From Dimorphilus gyrociliatus (Eukaryota > Animalia > Annelida): a DNA stretch of 34,222 nt. How positions within the stretch are numbered: position 1 is the stretch's first letter; the number at the start of each line of letters is the position of its first letter. Both the position numbers and the translations under genes were made by a program. The stretch spans positions 1 through 34,222 of the forward strand of contig CAJFCJ010000120.1 in NCBI GenBank assembly GCA_904063045.1, given 5' to 3'. The notes beneath the pieces were generated by a model. The model ran no database searches and was not told the DNA's origin. It worked only from the letters and a program-made list of their open reading frames with translations. Shown here in pieces: positions 1-11,690 of this stretch.

Positions 1-415
1 AAAGCTCCCCAATCTGTTCTACAGCAATCTACAGGTCTCGGATTATTTGGTGACAATTTCGACGACAATGACGTAATAGTTTTTTTAAACCCTAAACACC
101 AAAAAACTCTTCTTTTAATCTGTAAAAATACAACTTACATTCACTCAAAGGAAGCAAATTGGGCTCTATTTTTTCATATACATTGATTATTATCCCCTTT
201 ATGATCGTGGAATATTCTACTGCAATATTTTGCGGTAGGAGATATAATAAGGATTTAGAAATTATATATATGCAGGAGAACAATTTGTCAATAGGTATTG
301 AATAGATGAAAATTTGAAGAAAAAGATATATCAATATTCTCTTCAAAGAAGCTATTAGGATTTTGAAACGAACAAAACCATCAGTACGTTTCTTAAGGTT
401 TTCATCTCTAATCAA
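1..415 (-). CDS. Partial spliced hypothetical protein running off the left edge of the window
   Basis: ORF 92-415 has a gtaagt donor at 148 and a tttag acceptor at 92 (57-bp intron, phase 1). Splicing joins ...IEPNLLPLSE to WFKKTITSLSSKLSPNNPRPVDCCRTDWGA, which stays open to base 1. No family recognised; 5' structure unresolved. Confidence 0.4.
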
Positions 416-836
416 AAGATAATGGGTTTTTCATTAATTAATTTTAGTAATTAGTTCCTTCAATAGACATTCTTCTCTTTTGAAATTCATCTGCAAAATT
501 TCCCCCCAGTCAACCTCTGTGCCGGGGCATACCTAAATCACGTGTACAAATGGTGTTATTGGTGTAATATTCTTTAAGCCGTTACCTTATGAATATTGAA
601 ATGTTACCTCTAGGCAGAGGGGAGAGTTTAGATTAATCCTTGAAAAAAACAAACATCTCCGATAAACCATTGTTCAATCTTAAATACTAATGGCAAAAAT
701 CCAGTTTTTGTAAAGGTACGCTTTCATTATCAACGTAAAAAGAGGGATAATGTTTGTATTATAGTTATTACAGCTTGATCCAATAGAGACTTGTATCCTT
801 ACACTACTAAATACAGTGTGACATACTCGCCAAACT

Positions 837-1843
837 ATGAATGAGTCAATTAATCACGTTGTGTCTGATTTTAGGCATCCAGTTTCTAAAATTGTTCGAT
901 TTCTAATTCTCTTCTTCATTATCTTCCTGATAATTTTCTTGAATATCTTCAATATTAGAATATTATACATGACGAAGCAAATTCCGGAAATTACCAGAAT
1001 GTTCTTAATAAATTTATCAGTAGCTGATCTTTGCCTAGGTTTTCTACTGGTAACAGCCTCTCTTATATCTTCTAACAGCGGAAATTTTATACTAGGAGAT
1101 ATATTTTGCCAATTTTCGGCTGTTGGCTTTACAATAACTGGTACAATTTCAATATTGAGTATGATGATGATATTTATAGATTGCTACCTTTCACTTAAAC
1201 ATCCAACAAAGTAAGTCTTCATTTTATGTTTTTAATTTTACAAAGCATATTTTATCTGTCTAGAAACATTCTCACTTCAAAAAGGGTAAAGACAGCCGTG
1301 ATTGCATCATGGATAGGCCTGTGTTGCACCTTCTTTCTGCCAGTCTTTCTCAGTAAAGGGTTTGCTTATTACAATTATCAACCAATAGAGATCATTTGTA
1401 CCAGTGCTTGTCTAGGCAATTTGGTAGGAGTTTTAACGATAATTGCCCTACCAATGTCAACATTAGTTATCCTATCTTGCCTAACACTTTGCATAGTTAA
1501 TGAACTGAGATATCGAGTTAAAGTGGTAAACAGCGAAAATTCAATCAATCCTACTATTCAAACAAGGAAAAAGAAAATTCAAGTAGCCAAACTGTCAATT
1601 TTAATGGCGTCGGTTTATTATATAAACTGGTTACCATATACTTCTTGTTTTCTTGTACTTACCACTCAAAATGATTCATACTTTATACCTTCAATAATCA
1701 AATTTAGCCTATTTTGGTTTGCTATGTCCAATAGCTTTATAAACACTTTTATATATATGTTTGTCTATAATAGTTTTCGACAAAATGCAGTTTTCCTCTT
1801 TCGAACAGCATTAAACAAGTTTTGTTCAGAATCCTATATGTAA
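837..1843 (+). CDS. Orphan class A (rhodopsin-like) GPCR, 2 exons (837-1210, 1264-1843), about 317 aa, intact
   Basis: The two track ORFs join in frame through a 53-bp gtaagt...tag intron (1211-1263). Seven hydrophobic segments: TM2 NLSVADL, TM3 Cys and IDCY (DRY position), TM6 YINWLP, TM7 SNSFINTFIY. N-glycosylation site NES at the N-terminus. Confidence 0.9.
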
Positions 1844-2631
1844 ATTATCTTATGATTATGATTGTGAAATAGAGAAGCAGACGACATTTACTCTTTTTGC
1901 ATTGCACAGCCAAAACGATTGGTTACGATCAATTACTAAAATCCAGACAATAGTCATCTTTTCCAAAATTGCTCTAAAGTCAACTTTTTCCACATTTTTT
2001 CACTAAATAAAACAAAATCTAACACTTGAACTTGAGAAAATTTTGTTTTTTAAAAAGAAAATTAGTTCGTAAATTTGACAACAGAGGGAGATGGTAATTT
2101 TATAGCGCTGTATCCATTGTCGCGCAAAGAATTTTAGAGCACTGTTATGAACATTTGAATTGAATTTTTCAGTTCTTTTTTTTTTCATGAAAATGTTCTT
2201 CCATCAAGAATGGATTTGAAGGAAATGGCAAATGGTGACAATGAGAAAACTGGTAAAAGAATTGCAGAAAATATGAATATGATCGTATAATTTAAAATAT
2301 TGCAGTTGTGGAGTCTTCAACTGAGACACAATTGTCTTGGGTAGGAATGCTTTAAATTGGCCTGACATGTCATGTGTAGAAATGTCCTAAAGTGGGCAAA
2401 TGATCATTCACTGATATATTCAAGCATTTTTTGATGTCAATGATGTATTTGTGTGTAATTCAAATTTCTTTATACACAATTACAAAACACTAACATCACA
2501 AATGGACATAGTTTGTCCCTCATCTTGTAAATTATATATGAACTGTTTGACAATGATCTTTGCAGATGATCTAATGGTGTATAAATGTATGTAAAATATC
2601 ACAGATGGCTTGACCTTCATCATAATCTGTA

Positions 2632-5299
2632 TCATACAGTTTCATCTATAATCAACTTGATGTAAAGTTGAAGTAAATCTTCTAAAGATGTTTTTATTTC
2701 TTTTATATTATCAATCCAATCATTTTTTAAAATGGTAAAATCTTCAAATTTCAACAAACTGTATAGTTTTTTCTCTTGTCTACATATATCATTAACCAGA
2801 GAGTTCAAGGTCGACAGATGACACTCTTCTTTGCCCAAAGCATCTTTTTTTCTCAACATATGACAATATAGAAAACCATTTCTAAGGAATATGCATACTA
2901 GATTGTGAAAAATTGATGATTCTATTAAAAATTGCTTGATTTCATCGAAATTTTCGCAATCTTTCTTTATTCTATTTTGCTGTTGTATCCATTTTTTAGA
3001 GATTTTAATGACATTTTTTGTAATGCCAAGTAGTTTTAAATTTTCAGTTGTACCATTTAATTTGTTCAGATAATAAAAATTTAAATTTGCAGAGCAGTTT
3101 TCATTAAATAAAATAATGGTTTCATATCTATTCTTCTTCCCTTTGCAGCCGCCATAACAGTCGTCAGACCATGCACTTGAACACTCCCAACAAAATCTTC
3201 CACCGCATAGACAAGTCATTTCATTGCATCCTTCTATTTTTTCAATTTTTATCCCGCAAAATGAACATTTTTTTACTTTTACTGCAATGATAAACTCATT
3301 TTCAACAAAATCTTCATCTACTGCAATATGTTCAATGGAAGATTTTAACTTTAAAAAGTATTGATACTGCTCACAGGTTGCGGGCCAATGAGGTTTTCCA
3401 TCACACATATTACACCAACTATCCAAACATTTGCATAATATCATCGATTCATATCCCTTTTTTATACAGAGAATTCTATTGCATTTGGGATTGCGACAAT
3501 AAAAACAAGAATCTTTTTTGAATTCCTGATCTATTAATCTATTTTCTAAAATGGTAAAGTTTTGAAAATCTAGACAAACAAGATAGAGAGGTAAGGAAAC
3601 TCTTTCATTACAGTTCTCCATAGGACATGCTGCAATGTCATGTTTCAATATTAATAAAATATCCTTTCCAACAATCAAAACAAAACCAATGGTTGCACTC
3701 TAAAGAAAAACCATTTGATATATCAAATTGTTGAAAGCATATCTTGCACTCAATTTGCCAATTATTAATATCAAAATGACTGCTTCCCGGCTCTTTCACT
3801 GTATTCTTCTCTTCCATTTTCCACAATTCTTTCAACTTGATTAACCAAATCTCATCAAAATCATAGGATTTTTGAGAATTGAACAGATTTTCAAAAGATT
3901 CCACTACCAGTTCTCTCTCTTTTTGTAAATGACTCGTTGATTGTCTCTTGCCACTGTATTTTTTCTTTGATAAGATACTTGTTTGTAACCAATCAAAAAC
4001 ATGATTTATCACCTGCTGTAGAGCTGATTTAAAATCATTTGTAAAGTTTTCAAAACCTAATAAACCAACAGTTGAATGGCAATTTGTATAGAGTTGCATT
4101 GTTATCTTTGTAGTATAATCATCAATCTTTCTCTCAAAAGTTGTTAATACTAGAAATCTGAGAAAATTTCTCTCAAATCCCAAATCCTTACTTTTCTGTT
4201 GAAGACAATGCGACAAATCAAGTAGATACCAACAAACTGGCTTTGATTTTGAATCTAGTATATATACATCTTGTTCTAAACAATTCAATAAAAGAGAATT
4301 TATACTTTCAGATGAAATTAAAAATGTAAATTTTATATCTTGATTTTCGTGAATATTTTCATTGTATTCATTGAAAAATACATCATTTTCTTCTGTTTGA
4401 TTAATTGCCGTGTCTTCTTCTTTAACCGATTGAAAAGTCAAATTTTTCCATATGTTTCGTTTTCCTCCAAGATGTTTTCTTTCATTCTTTTTACTGTTTT
4501 TTTTTAAAAAATGAGCTAATGTTATTGAGTTGTTTAGGTGATTTTGACTACTTTTCTCTTCAGTTTGATCAACACACTCCATATGATTTGCTAATGACGT
4601 ATCAGGTAGCCAATCTATTTCTATACGTTTATTTTGTTGTCTTGTAGTTTTACGTCTCAACGATTTTAAATATTTCACCTTTCTGTACTTATTTTGAAAA
4701 TTAAGACTAGATTTGCAAGGAGGTGGCTTTGAGAATATATATTCTACTGAAATTGGTTGACAATCTGTACAAGTATCCTTGCCGACAATAGCTAGATCTT
4801 TTTGTCTGGAAAATCGTCGTGATCTCTTAAGATTACCATCTTGATCACAGTATAATGTAATCCTTTCCTTTATTCTTGATAATTGATCATATTCAAAATC
4901 CTGAATAATATTGTCTACGAAAGATATTGAGTATTTTTCATCTTTTAGCCAATCAGCGCTATTAGCTTCTGCAATATGTTTTGGAAGCCTCCGCCTATAT
5001 TTTTTATTCAATGAGTATCCCCTCAATATTGCTTGTTGGTGTGATTCAGAATTACAAAATTTCCCTTCAATATTGCCATCATCTATTTCAAAATTCCCAT
5101 AGGCAAGCAAACGTTTAGCTTGATTCTCGCTAATTGCAGAAGAAAAGACAATTCTCTTGTAAATTTTTGCATTAAACAATTTAAAATGGCTTCTTAGAAA
5201 TTGAATACTAAATGTATTTCCCGTACGAATTCCTTTGTAATATTTTGAATAAGGATACAATAGAGAAGCCTTTTCTTCAACTGGATCGGATGTATCCAT
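2632..5299 (-). CDS. RBR (RING1-IBR-RING2) E3 ubiquitin ligase, Ariadne-like C-terminal half with a long unrecognised N-terminus; interrupted by one frameshift at about 3638-3660
   Basis: RING1 CKIC...CNHWFCFDCW (ORF 3638-5380) continues in the adjacent frame as CPMENC. IBR CRNPKC...CKCLDSWCNMCDGKPHWPATC and RING2 CSFCGIKIEKIEGCNEMTCLCGGRFCWEC lie in ORF 2632-3678. First ATG is at 5299 (MDTSDP). Confidence 0.85.
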
Positions 5300-5730
5300 G
5301 GCCCTTTGGGTTTTTCTTGAACAACGCAATAAAAATGCAGTATGACTTATATATTTATAACAAAAAACACAGTGTTTCACAACACCTTATAAATTTTAGA
5401 CCTACAAAGTTGCTGATTGGCTGAAATTTCATAAAGATAAATATAGAATATTGCACAATCATCTGAAGGAGATAACAGTTAGTGTTAGAATGTAGGACAC
5501 TTGGCCAATATGATTAATAGGCCTAATGTTACATTCAAACACTAACAAAAATCAAATTAAGGAGACATTTTGTAATGTTCATTCAACAACTATTAAGAGT
5601 GTTATAGTCACAATTCAAAGACATATCATAGATATAGAATAAATATTGATTTTGACTAAGAATTCCTACATGGATGATCCTCTTTCTTAATTACTTATCA
5701 TATAATTACTGAAATAATTAATTAATCTAA

Positions 5731-6687
5731 TCAAATTACTGTTTCTATACTATTTACAACAAGAATTGTGTTTCTTAGATTTTTTTGGCAAACAATCCTT
5801 TTTAAAATATTCATAAAAAGTCTCTTGGTTTGTCGCCTTATCGATGATTTTGTATATCCATGAACAAGGGCGTTTACTGTTGCATTTGAAATAATAACTG
5901 CCAGGAGTGAGTCAGTAATTAATTCAAATTTATTGTCAGAGAAATGAAACATTCCTTGTAATCTAAAATAATTAGCACTTGGTATTACAGCTGGAACAAG
6001 CCAAAAGAAACAATTGATTATTAATAAACTAGTTAAAATTCGAATACTACTGCCTTCAGATTCCAATTTCCTATCACTAGATACATCGGAAATTGCTTTT
6101 CTATGCTTCCTTACTGCTCTCAATACTGGAATGTATAGTAGTAAACTGCCAATAGCATTTGGTAAGACAGTTGTAAATGACCAAAATAACATATATGAAA
6201 AAGGAAAGATATTAAGAGAATTACATTTAAAAGTATTCTCCTCCTTCAAAAAAGTTTCATAATTATTCCAGCCTAAAGTTGGAAGTGAACAAATGATAAC
6301 ATTGATAAACCATATAAAACTAAATAGGATAAAAGCTCTTTTTAGTGTCCAAATTTTATAAAATGTCAATGGTTTAACAACAGCCATAAACTTTTCAAAT
6401 GTAATTAGAGTCAGTGTAAATGATGATACTGAAGTTATCAAAAATATAAACTCAAATGCAATTAGGCAAGTGTGATAAGTTAACTTTGTATCATGTAAAA
6501 GTATAAAGAGAAAGAAAGCTAAAGAGTAGAGAACATCTGTAACAGTCAAGGCTGTAACACCAAAATTATGTAATTTCCATAAATCTTTATTAATCATATT
6601 TATAATAATTAAATTACTATTCAAAAGAAAGCCAACAACTTGAACAGAGCATGAAAAGACAGTTAAATATATATTTGCCAATCCCAT
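5731..6687 (-). CDS. Intronless orphan class A GPCR, 318 aa, intact
   Basis: Single ORF with seven hydrophobic segments: GFLLN (TM1), LTVTD (TM2), LITFEKFMAVVKP (E/DRY region), TM4 WFIN...PTLGW, ECL2 Cys, TM6 CFFWLVP, TM7 SNATVNALVH. Confidence 0.9.
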   Translation of the reverse strand: MGLANIYLTVFSCSVQVVGFLLNSNLIIINMINKDLWKLHNFGVTALTVTDVLYSLAFFLFILLHDTKLTYHTCLIAFEFIFLITSVSSFTLTLITFEKFMAVVKPLTFYKIWTLKRAFILFSFIWFINVIICSLPTLGWNNYETFLKEENTFKCNSLNIFPFSYMLFWSFTTVLPNAIGSLLLYIPVLRAVRKHRKAISDVSSDRKLESEGSSIRILTSLLIINCFFWLVPAVIPSANYFRLQGMFHFSDNKFELITDSLLAVIISNATVNALVHGYTKSSIRRQTKRLFMNILKRIVCQKNLRNTILVVNSIETVI

Positions 6688-7376
6688 CTCTCTACTGCTG
6701 ATCTTCTTCTAATTAATCAGATAGTTTAACATGTGTTTATATATATATAAATAAATTATTTATTAAAAAATTTCCTACAAGATTTTCATGTACAGCTGGA
6801 AGCAAAGAATCTGAAGAATATTCTTTTCTAGTCTTATTGAATTCTTAAGAAGAAATTTATTGTATATCTTGCCAATACTTCATTACAACACTATTAATTC
6901 ATCATCTTCTTTAGATGCCAACAATAGTTTCTCTTATTCTTCTCTTCTATTTTTAGATAAGAATATTTAGAACATTCAGATGACAGATTATAATGTAATC
7001 TTCTTTCTTAACAACTAACCTATTTTCTTGCAAGTAATCATACAAATCATTGAGCCATCATAGATTGATGATTTTGTACAACAAGAAAAAAAAAGGATTT
7101 ATTGTTGAATTTGAAATGGATACTGTAATTTAACAGCCAACATTCATTTCAAATTGACAATTTGCAACTTTGGGAATAACCTTGAAAAATTGATCAATAG
7201 TCACATGTCTGGATTAGAATTATGTAGACATTATAGCAGTTCATTGAACTTTGAGGTTAGGAAAAGTATTAGCTGATCATACCATGTTAGGGCTATTCTA
7301 AGGGTGAGGCACTTTAAAATGCAAAATAGTTTGTCAACTGGTTGGTTACTGTTAGGGTTAAAAAGAAATAGTAGAC

Positions 7377-7547
7377 TTTTTTCTGATGGTCAATCATTAA
7401 TTCTTTTCTTCTAACAGTATTATTATACAATGATAAAGGACGCCATTTTGTTGGAATTATTTCTTTTAAAATACTCAATACTCTTACTCTTCCTCTGGCA
7501 TGATAGGCTAAACAAGAATCTTCAATCCATCTCTGTATTCTGCAGAT
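7377..7547 (-). other. Isolated exon-like open segment (57 codons), probably part of a decayed gene spanning about 6800-7900
   Basis: ttttatcag acceptor and gt donor flank ICRIQRWIEDSCLAYHARGRVRVLSILKEIIPTKWRPLSLYNNTVRRKELMIDHQKK. Neighbouring coding-like stretches contain stops. No family recognised. Confidence 0.25.
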
Positions 7548-8104
7548 CTGATAAAACTAAAAATTGCTGAATGAAAAGAACATAATACTCAAAGCAAAGT
7601 ATTTAGCTCATAACAGCAATTTGAAATTATTTTAATCACATAATTGGATTTACTTCAGAGGGTTTCTGACAATTGTGGCTCATTTCTCAGCTTTAACTGA
7701 ACTTCTAATGGAAATGAATGACCTGTGAAAAAAATTCAAGACTAGGTTATTACAGTTAGGATTTACCAATCAGGGATAATTACTTATGATTAATGCTCAA
7801 TCTTCTCTTAGGGCAGGACAGATTGGTTCAAGGCTATGTTTGATGTTTTGGATAATGATGAAATACATTCTTTAGCAAGTACAACTCTATCTGTTCTCAC
7901 ATTTGATTATTTTTAATGTTACTATTGAAAGTTAGAGTAAATCTAAAGAAGATATGATTTGCAGTCTATAAGGTCTAGGCTGATATTTAACAGCAGTTAA
8001 TAGGGCTAGGAAAAAGAGCCAAAGCAATTGATAAAACCACCATATTAACATATTGTTTTTTATTTTATTTATAATGAAAGTTATTGACATAAGAACAGAT
8101 GGAT

Positions 8105-10401
8105 TTAAGACTCTAGTTTACAAAGTTGAATAACCATACTAGATTCGATTTTATACAAAAACCGATTTGCTCCTTGACCTTCAACATTACAGGTAAAAAT
8201 AAATCTGTTTAAATTATTGTAAGATGGTCTAATCATTTTCAAGTTGCACAAATGGTACTTTTGAGGATAATAGACACTCTGGAAAAACAGTTCAACACTG
8301 ATTGTTTCATTTTGAATTTTATGGTATTTTAGTGTTATTGATGGATTAATAGTGCCAGTAAATATTTTATTATTCAAGTAATACTCTTCAACTGTCGATC
8401 TAGGATGATTCAGTTGAGTACATGTCTCGTATAAGTTGTCCATTACATTTTCTTTGTGATAAGGGCACATACCATTGTAGTTGATTATTTTACCTTCTGC
8501 AATAAGAATATAGAATATAGAATATAGAAAAAAATGAAGCTACATTTGGTATGTGGAGATTTTACTGCCAGTTTGCCTAAAAGAGTTAGGAAGACATTTC
8601 TTTTGTATTTTTCAATTAGCACGAAAGAAGAAAGAGAGCAAGATAGAAAAAGAGATAGAGATAAAGTAATCTTCTAGATATAAATCATAATAAAAATCTC
8701 CAACAAACCCAAATATTTTGTTTTCTATACTATACCATAATCATCAACTGCAAAATTGTGGATTTGGTTATTGTTTTGATTATTCACACCAATTTTTGTT
8801 ATTTTGTATGGAGGCTTTGTTGGAAATGATAACAAAACCCTATTGCCATAGATATTCCCTTGTCCAATCTGGAAATTCTCATCAGCTATCAATAGCCAAA
8901 ACCTCATCCATGTATTACATACAATGTATCCTTGATTAGATGATGTCAGTGGAAAATGATAACTGTTACCATTTGAATCAATGATAAATGTATTTTCTAA
9001 ACCTCCAACAAGATAATCAAAAGAGAGTGAAACATATATTCCATAATCTGAATGTAAGGTCAAGTTAAATTGTCCACAAGAAGTTTGATTATTAATAGAT
9101 TTTCCAAAAATACTGAATCTTAATGCTTTTACATTGACATGATAATAATGTGGTAGATAATAAAATACTGGTGTGATTTTTTGAATAGTAAACACTCTTG
9201 TTGACTCATCTAGCAGACAGAGTAATAAATGATAAAGATTTCTCTCAATTTATTATACCGTATTCATGAATGAATCATACCTGATGAATAAACTTGAATT
9301 GCTTGAAAACCAACATATCTTTGGGTATCACTATGAATATTTAGAATTGTAACATTAATCCATTGTTCAATAAACGCATCAGTATAATTAAAACATTTTA
9401 AATGTCTGGTTTTTGGAAAGTCTAAGATGACAGATGAACCAGAGCTCCAATCAACTCTTACCTGTGAAAATGACCTTTTGTCAGCTCCCTATCTGAAAAG
9501 TGTACTTTGGTCATTTAGTTTCCTGAAATATCATATTTAGATATGATGTTTTTACCTATTTCCTAAGCAATATTTTACAGGTACAACAGCAGTAGGGAGT
9601 TTAACAATCATATACACGCCAATACAATTCAAACCTATGCAATTACTGATCCATTCTTGATGATTTGAAAGCTGACCACTGATAAGATCTAATGCAAGAT
9701 TACAATCTTCAGATCCAGACAGTCCCTTACTTGTTTCACAAGTTGCGCCTTGCGAAGAATCGGCAACATTTACAAGGAATTCGTCATTGTAATTTTTGAT
9801 TTCTAACATGAGTATTAAATTATGTTGTTGTTGTTATTTTTATGTTAAATTGATTATTTGAAAATGAAATACCTGAGAAAGCATAGAGAAAAATACCACT
9901 GAAACCTTTATTTTGAATTGGAGAAGTTTCAACAACTTTTATCTCTACTGATGTTGCTCCCAAACCAATATTCTCTTCTAATAGAAAACATTGACTAACA
10001 GTACTTGAATCTGGATATATAAAAGCATTCAAATTTCCCGGAAATGTAACTGTAAGATTTTTGGGATTTGTTGTTTCGCTTAAAAATCCTTTTGTAAGAC
10101 AAATTTGAATAATATCAAAACTATTTCTAAACAAAATGTTTATAGTATCAGAATTACAGGAAATGCTTGAACATACTGTCATCCAAGAGTTAATATTTAT
10201 CCAAGGAGAAATTAATGCATTTTCGCAATAGAAAGTTGTATCGCGTATAGTTTCTCTAATAGCATTTGAAGAACAATTTGCGTCATTGTCTAAATCAGCA
10301 ACATTGATTAAATGTCCAGTTAGTTTAACACCAATAGTATTATAATGACAAAATTGACTACAGTAGATAAAAATGATAAATCTAGTATTCAACCAATTCA
10401 T
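8105..10401 (-). CDS. Secreted mosaic protein: signal peptide, two galactose-binding/F5-8-like domains, farnesoic acid O-methyltransferase-like (FAMeT) domain, C-terminal F-type-lectin-like domain; apparent premature TAG at 9489-9491
   Basis: Phase-compatible GT-AG introns at 9872-9803 and 8735-8497, and one between about 9280 and 9210. The two N-terminal repeats share NVA...GATC/ANC...W...I.V...F/Y and end in GF..I.LY/VY. WMRFWLLIADENFQIGQG...PPYKITKIGV matches the FAMeT-domain pattern. FTCNVEGQG...IQLCKLE resembles the fucolectin C-terminus. Domain names are from motif resemblance only. Confidence 0.7.
8506..8665. repeat. Short intronic tandem repeats: (AATATAG)3+ and AGATAG-like purine tract
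   Basis: Directly visible at about 8506-8528 and 8630-8665, inside intron 8735-8497. Confidence 0.7.
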
Positions 10402-11613
10402 TTCAAATTTTGAATATTTTCAAAAAATTGCCTTATTCACTTGGTGAAAAAATGAAAGAATGAAAGAGGAAAAAGAAGAAAGAAGAGAAAATGTATTAAT
10501 AAATTAATCATCATGTTGATAGGTTCTGAGAATTCAGAAAAGCCATTTGTACTGTTGACTTTGTACTACTTTTTAAATTTTGAATCAAACTTAAATAGTT
10601 CTTTTAAAAAAAGCTTTTAAACTTTTATTATTCTTCCCTTCAATTGTTTCATACTTGTTTTTCAGATCTTTTATCTTTCTCATTCATCTTAAAAAGTCTT
10701 TTTTCTTCTCTTCAATTATTATTTTATATTATAGTCTCAATTAATTGCCAAACAATTTCACTTTTTACTTTAGATGTTTAAAAATTCAGTCATCAACAAA
10801 CATTACATTCTAAAGTTCTTTGTTGTCAGGATTTTAATGATTTGCATTATCATCAACAAATTATTCATTATGATTAAATCATAACTAAGCAGCAATCTTC
10901 TCTTCTCATGTACCCTTTACAAACTTTTTTTTCAAGATCAATAATCTCTATACATAGTCTTTAAGGTGCAGCTTTGTCAATATTCTTCCTGCACAACTGG
11001 TCCTAAACAACAATTAATTCAACTTGCATATACAGAGAGGAATGTTGTTGAAAGGCGAAATGGTAGCAGCTCAAATATTCAAGTATTATCATTCTTTTCC
11101 CCTGAAACAGGGAACAACCTAAAGGAGGGTCTGAAGCATTCTTCAATGGAAGATAGGCTTAAACTGCATATTCATTAACACACCAATATAATCAATACGT
11201 TAGATCCTAATTTTTAAGAGATGCTGCTTTTATAGAAAAATCAAGAACTAAAATAATGGAAACAGAAATGAATTCAGAGGACGCTAGTAGTCAGCCTCTG
11301 GAAGAATTAGATACGAAAACATTATTCGAAATAGAATGTTAAGTTCCCCCACATTCAATTTACATTGTGCCTAATTTTATTAAAAGTTTAGGGATTTGTT
11401 GTCATGATAACATTTAACAAAACATCTTTAGAACTGAGATAAAAAACGTATTAGAATCTTCCTTGTAAAGAAATAATAATGATAGTTTATTTGTTTATAT
11501 GAGTTGTCATGGCAATTATAATGATACATTAAAGTCTTTGTAAAGATTCTCTTATTCTCCTTTTAATCTTTCTTTCCAATGTTACCGTTGTTATATTTTC
11601 TAGTTTTCTGCTA

Positions 11614-11644
<31 letters not shown>

Positions 11645-11645
11645 G
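11614..11645. repeat. (CT)n microsatellite upstream of the GPCR pseudogene
   Basis: Directly visible. Similar (CT)n/(GA)n tracts at about 12804-12826, 17808-17828 and 32030-32063; (AT)n at about 23070-23087. Confidence 0.9.
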
Positions 11646-11690
11646 TCATTGCACTTTGAATTTTGGATAAGAATTCATCAGAAATAAATT

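Noticed and set aside
2003-2630. Additional gene downstream of the RBR ligase (ORF 2003-2188 and nearby short frames)
   Set aside because: Short frames with no consistent splice path or motif; more likely UTR or intergenic sequence.
9422-9461. 40-bp gtaaga...ttag intron candidate in the lectin-like gene
   Set aside because: The frame reads straight through (SQVRVDWSSGSSVILDFPK) with domain-like sequence, and a 40-nt removal is not needed.
10560-11200. Possible decayed LINE or gene remnant (K/E-rich minus-strand reading; ORF 10966-11178)
   Set aside because: No reverse transcriptase, endonuclease or other diagnostic motif could be read.
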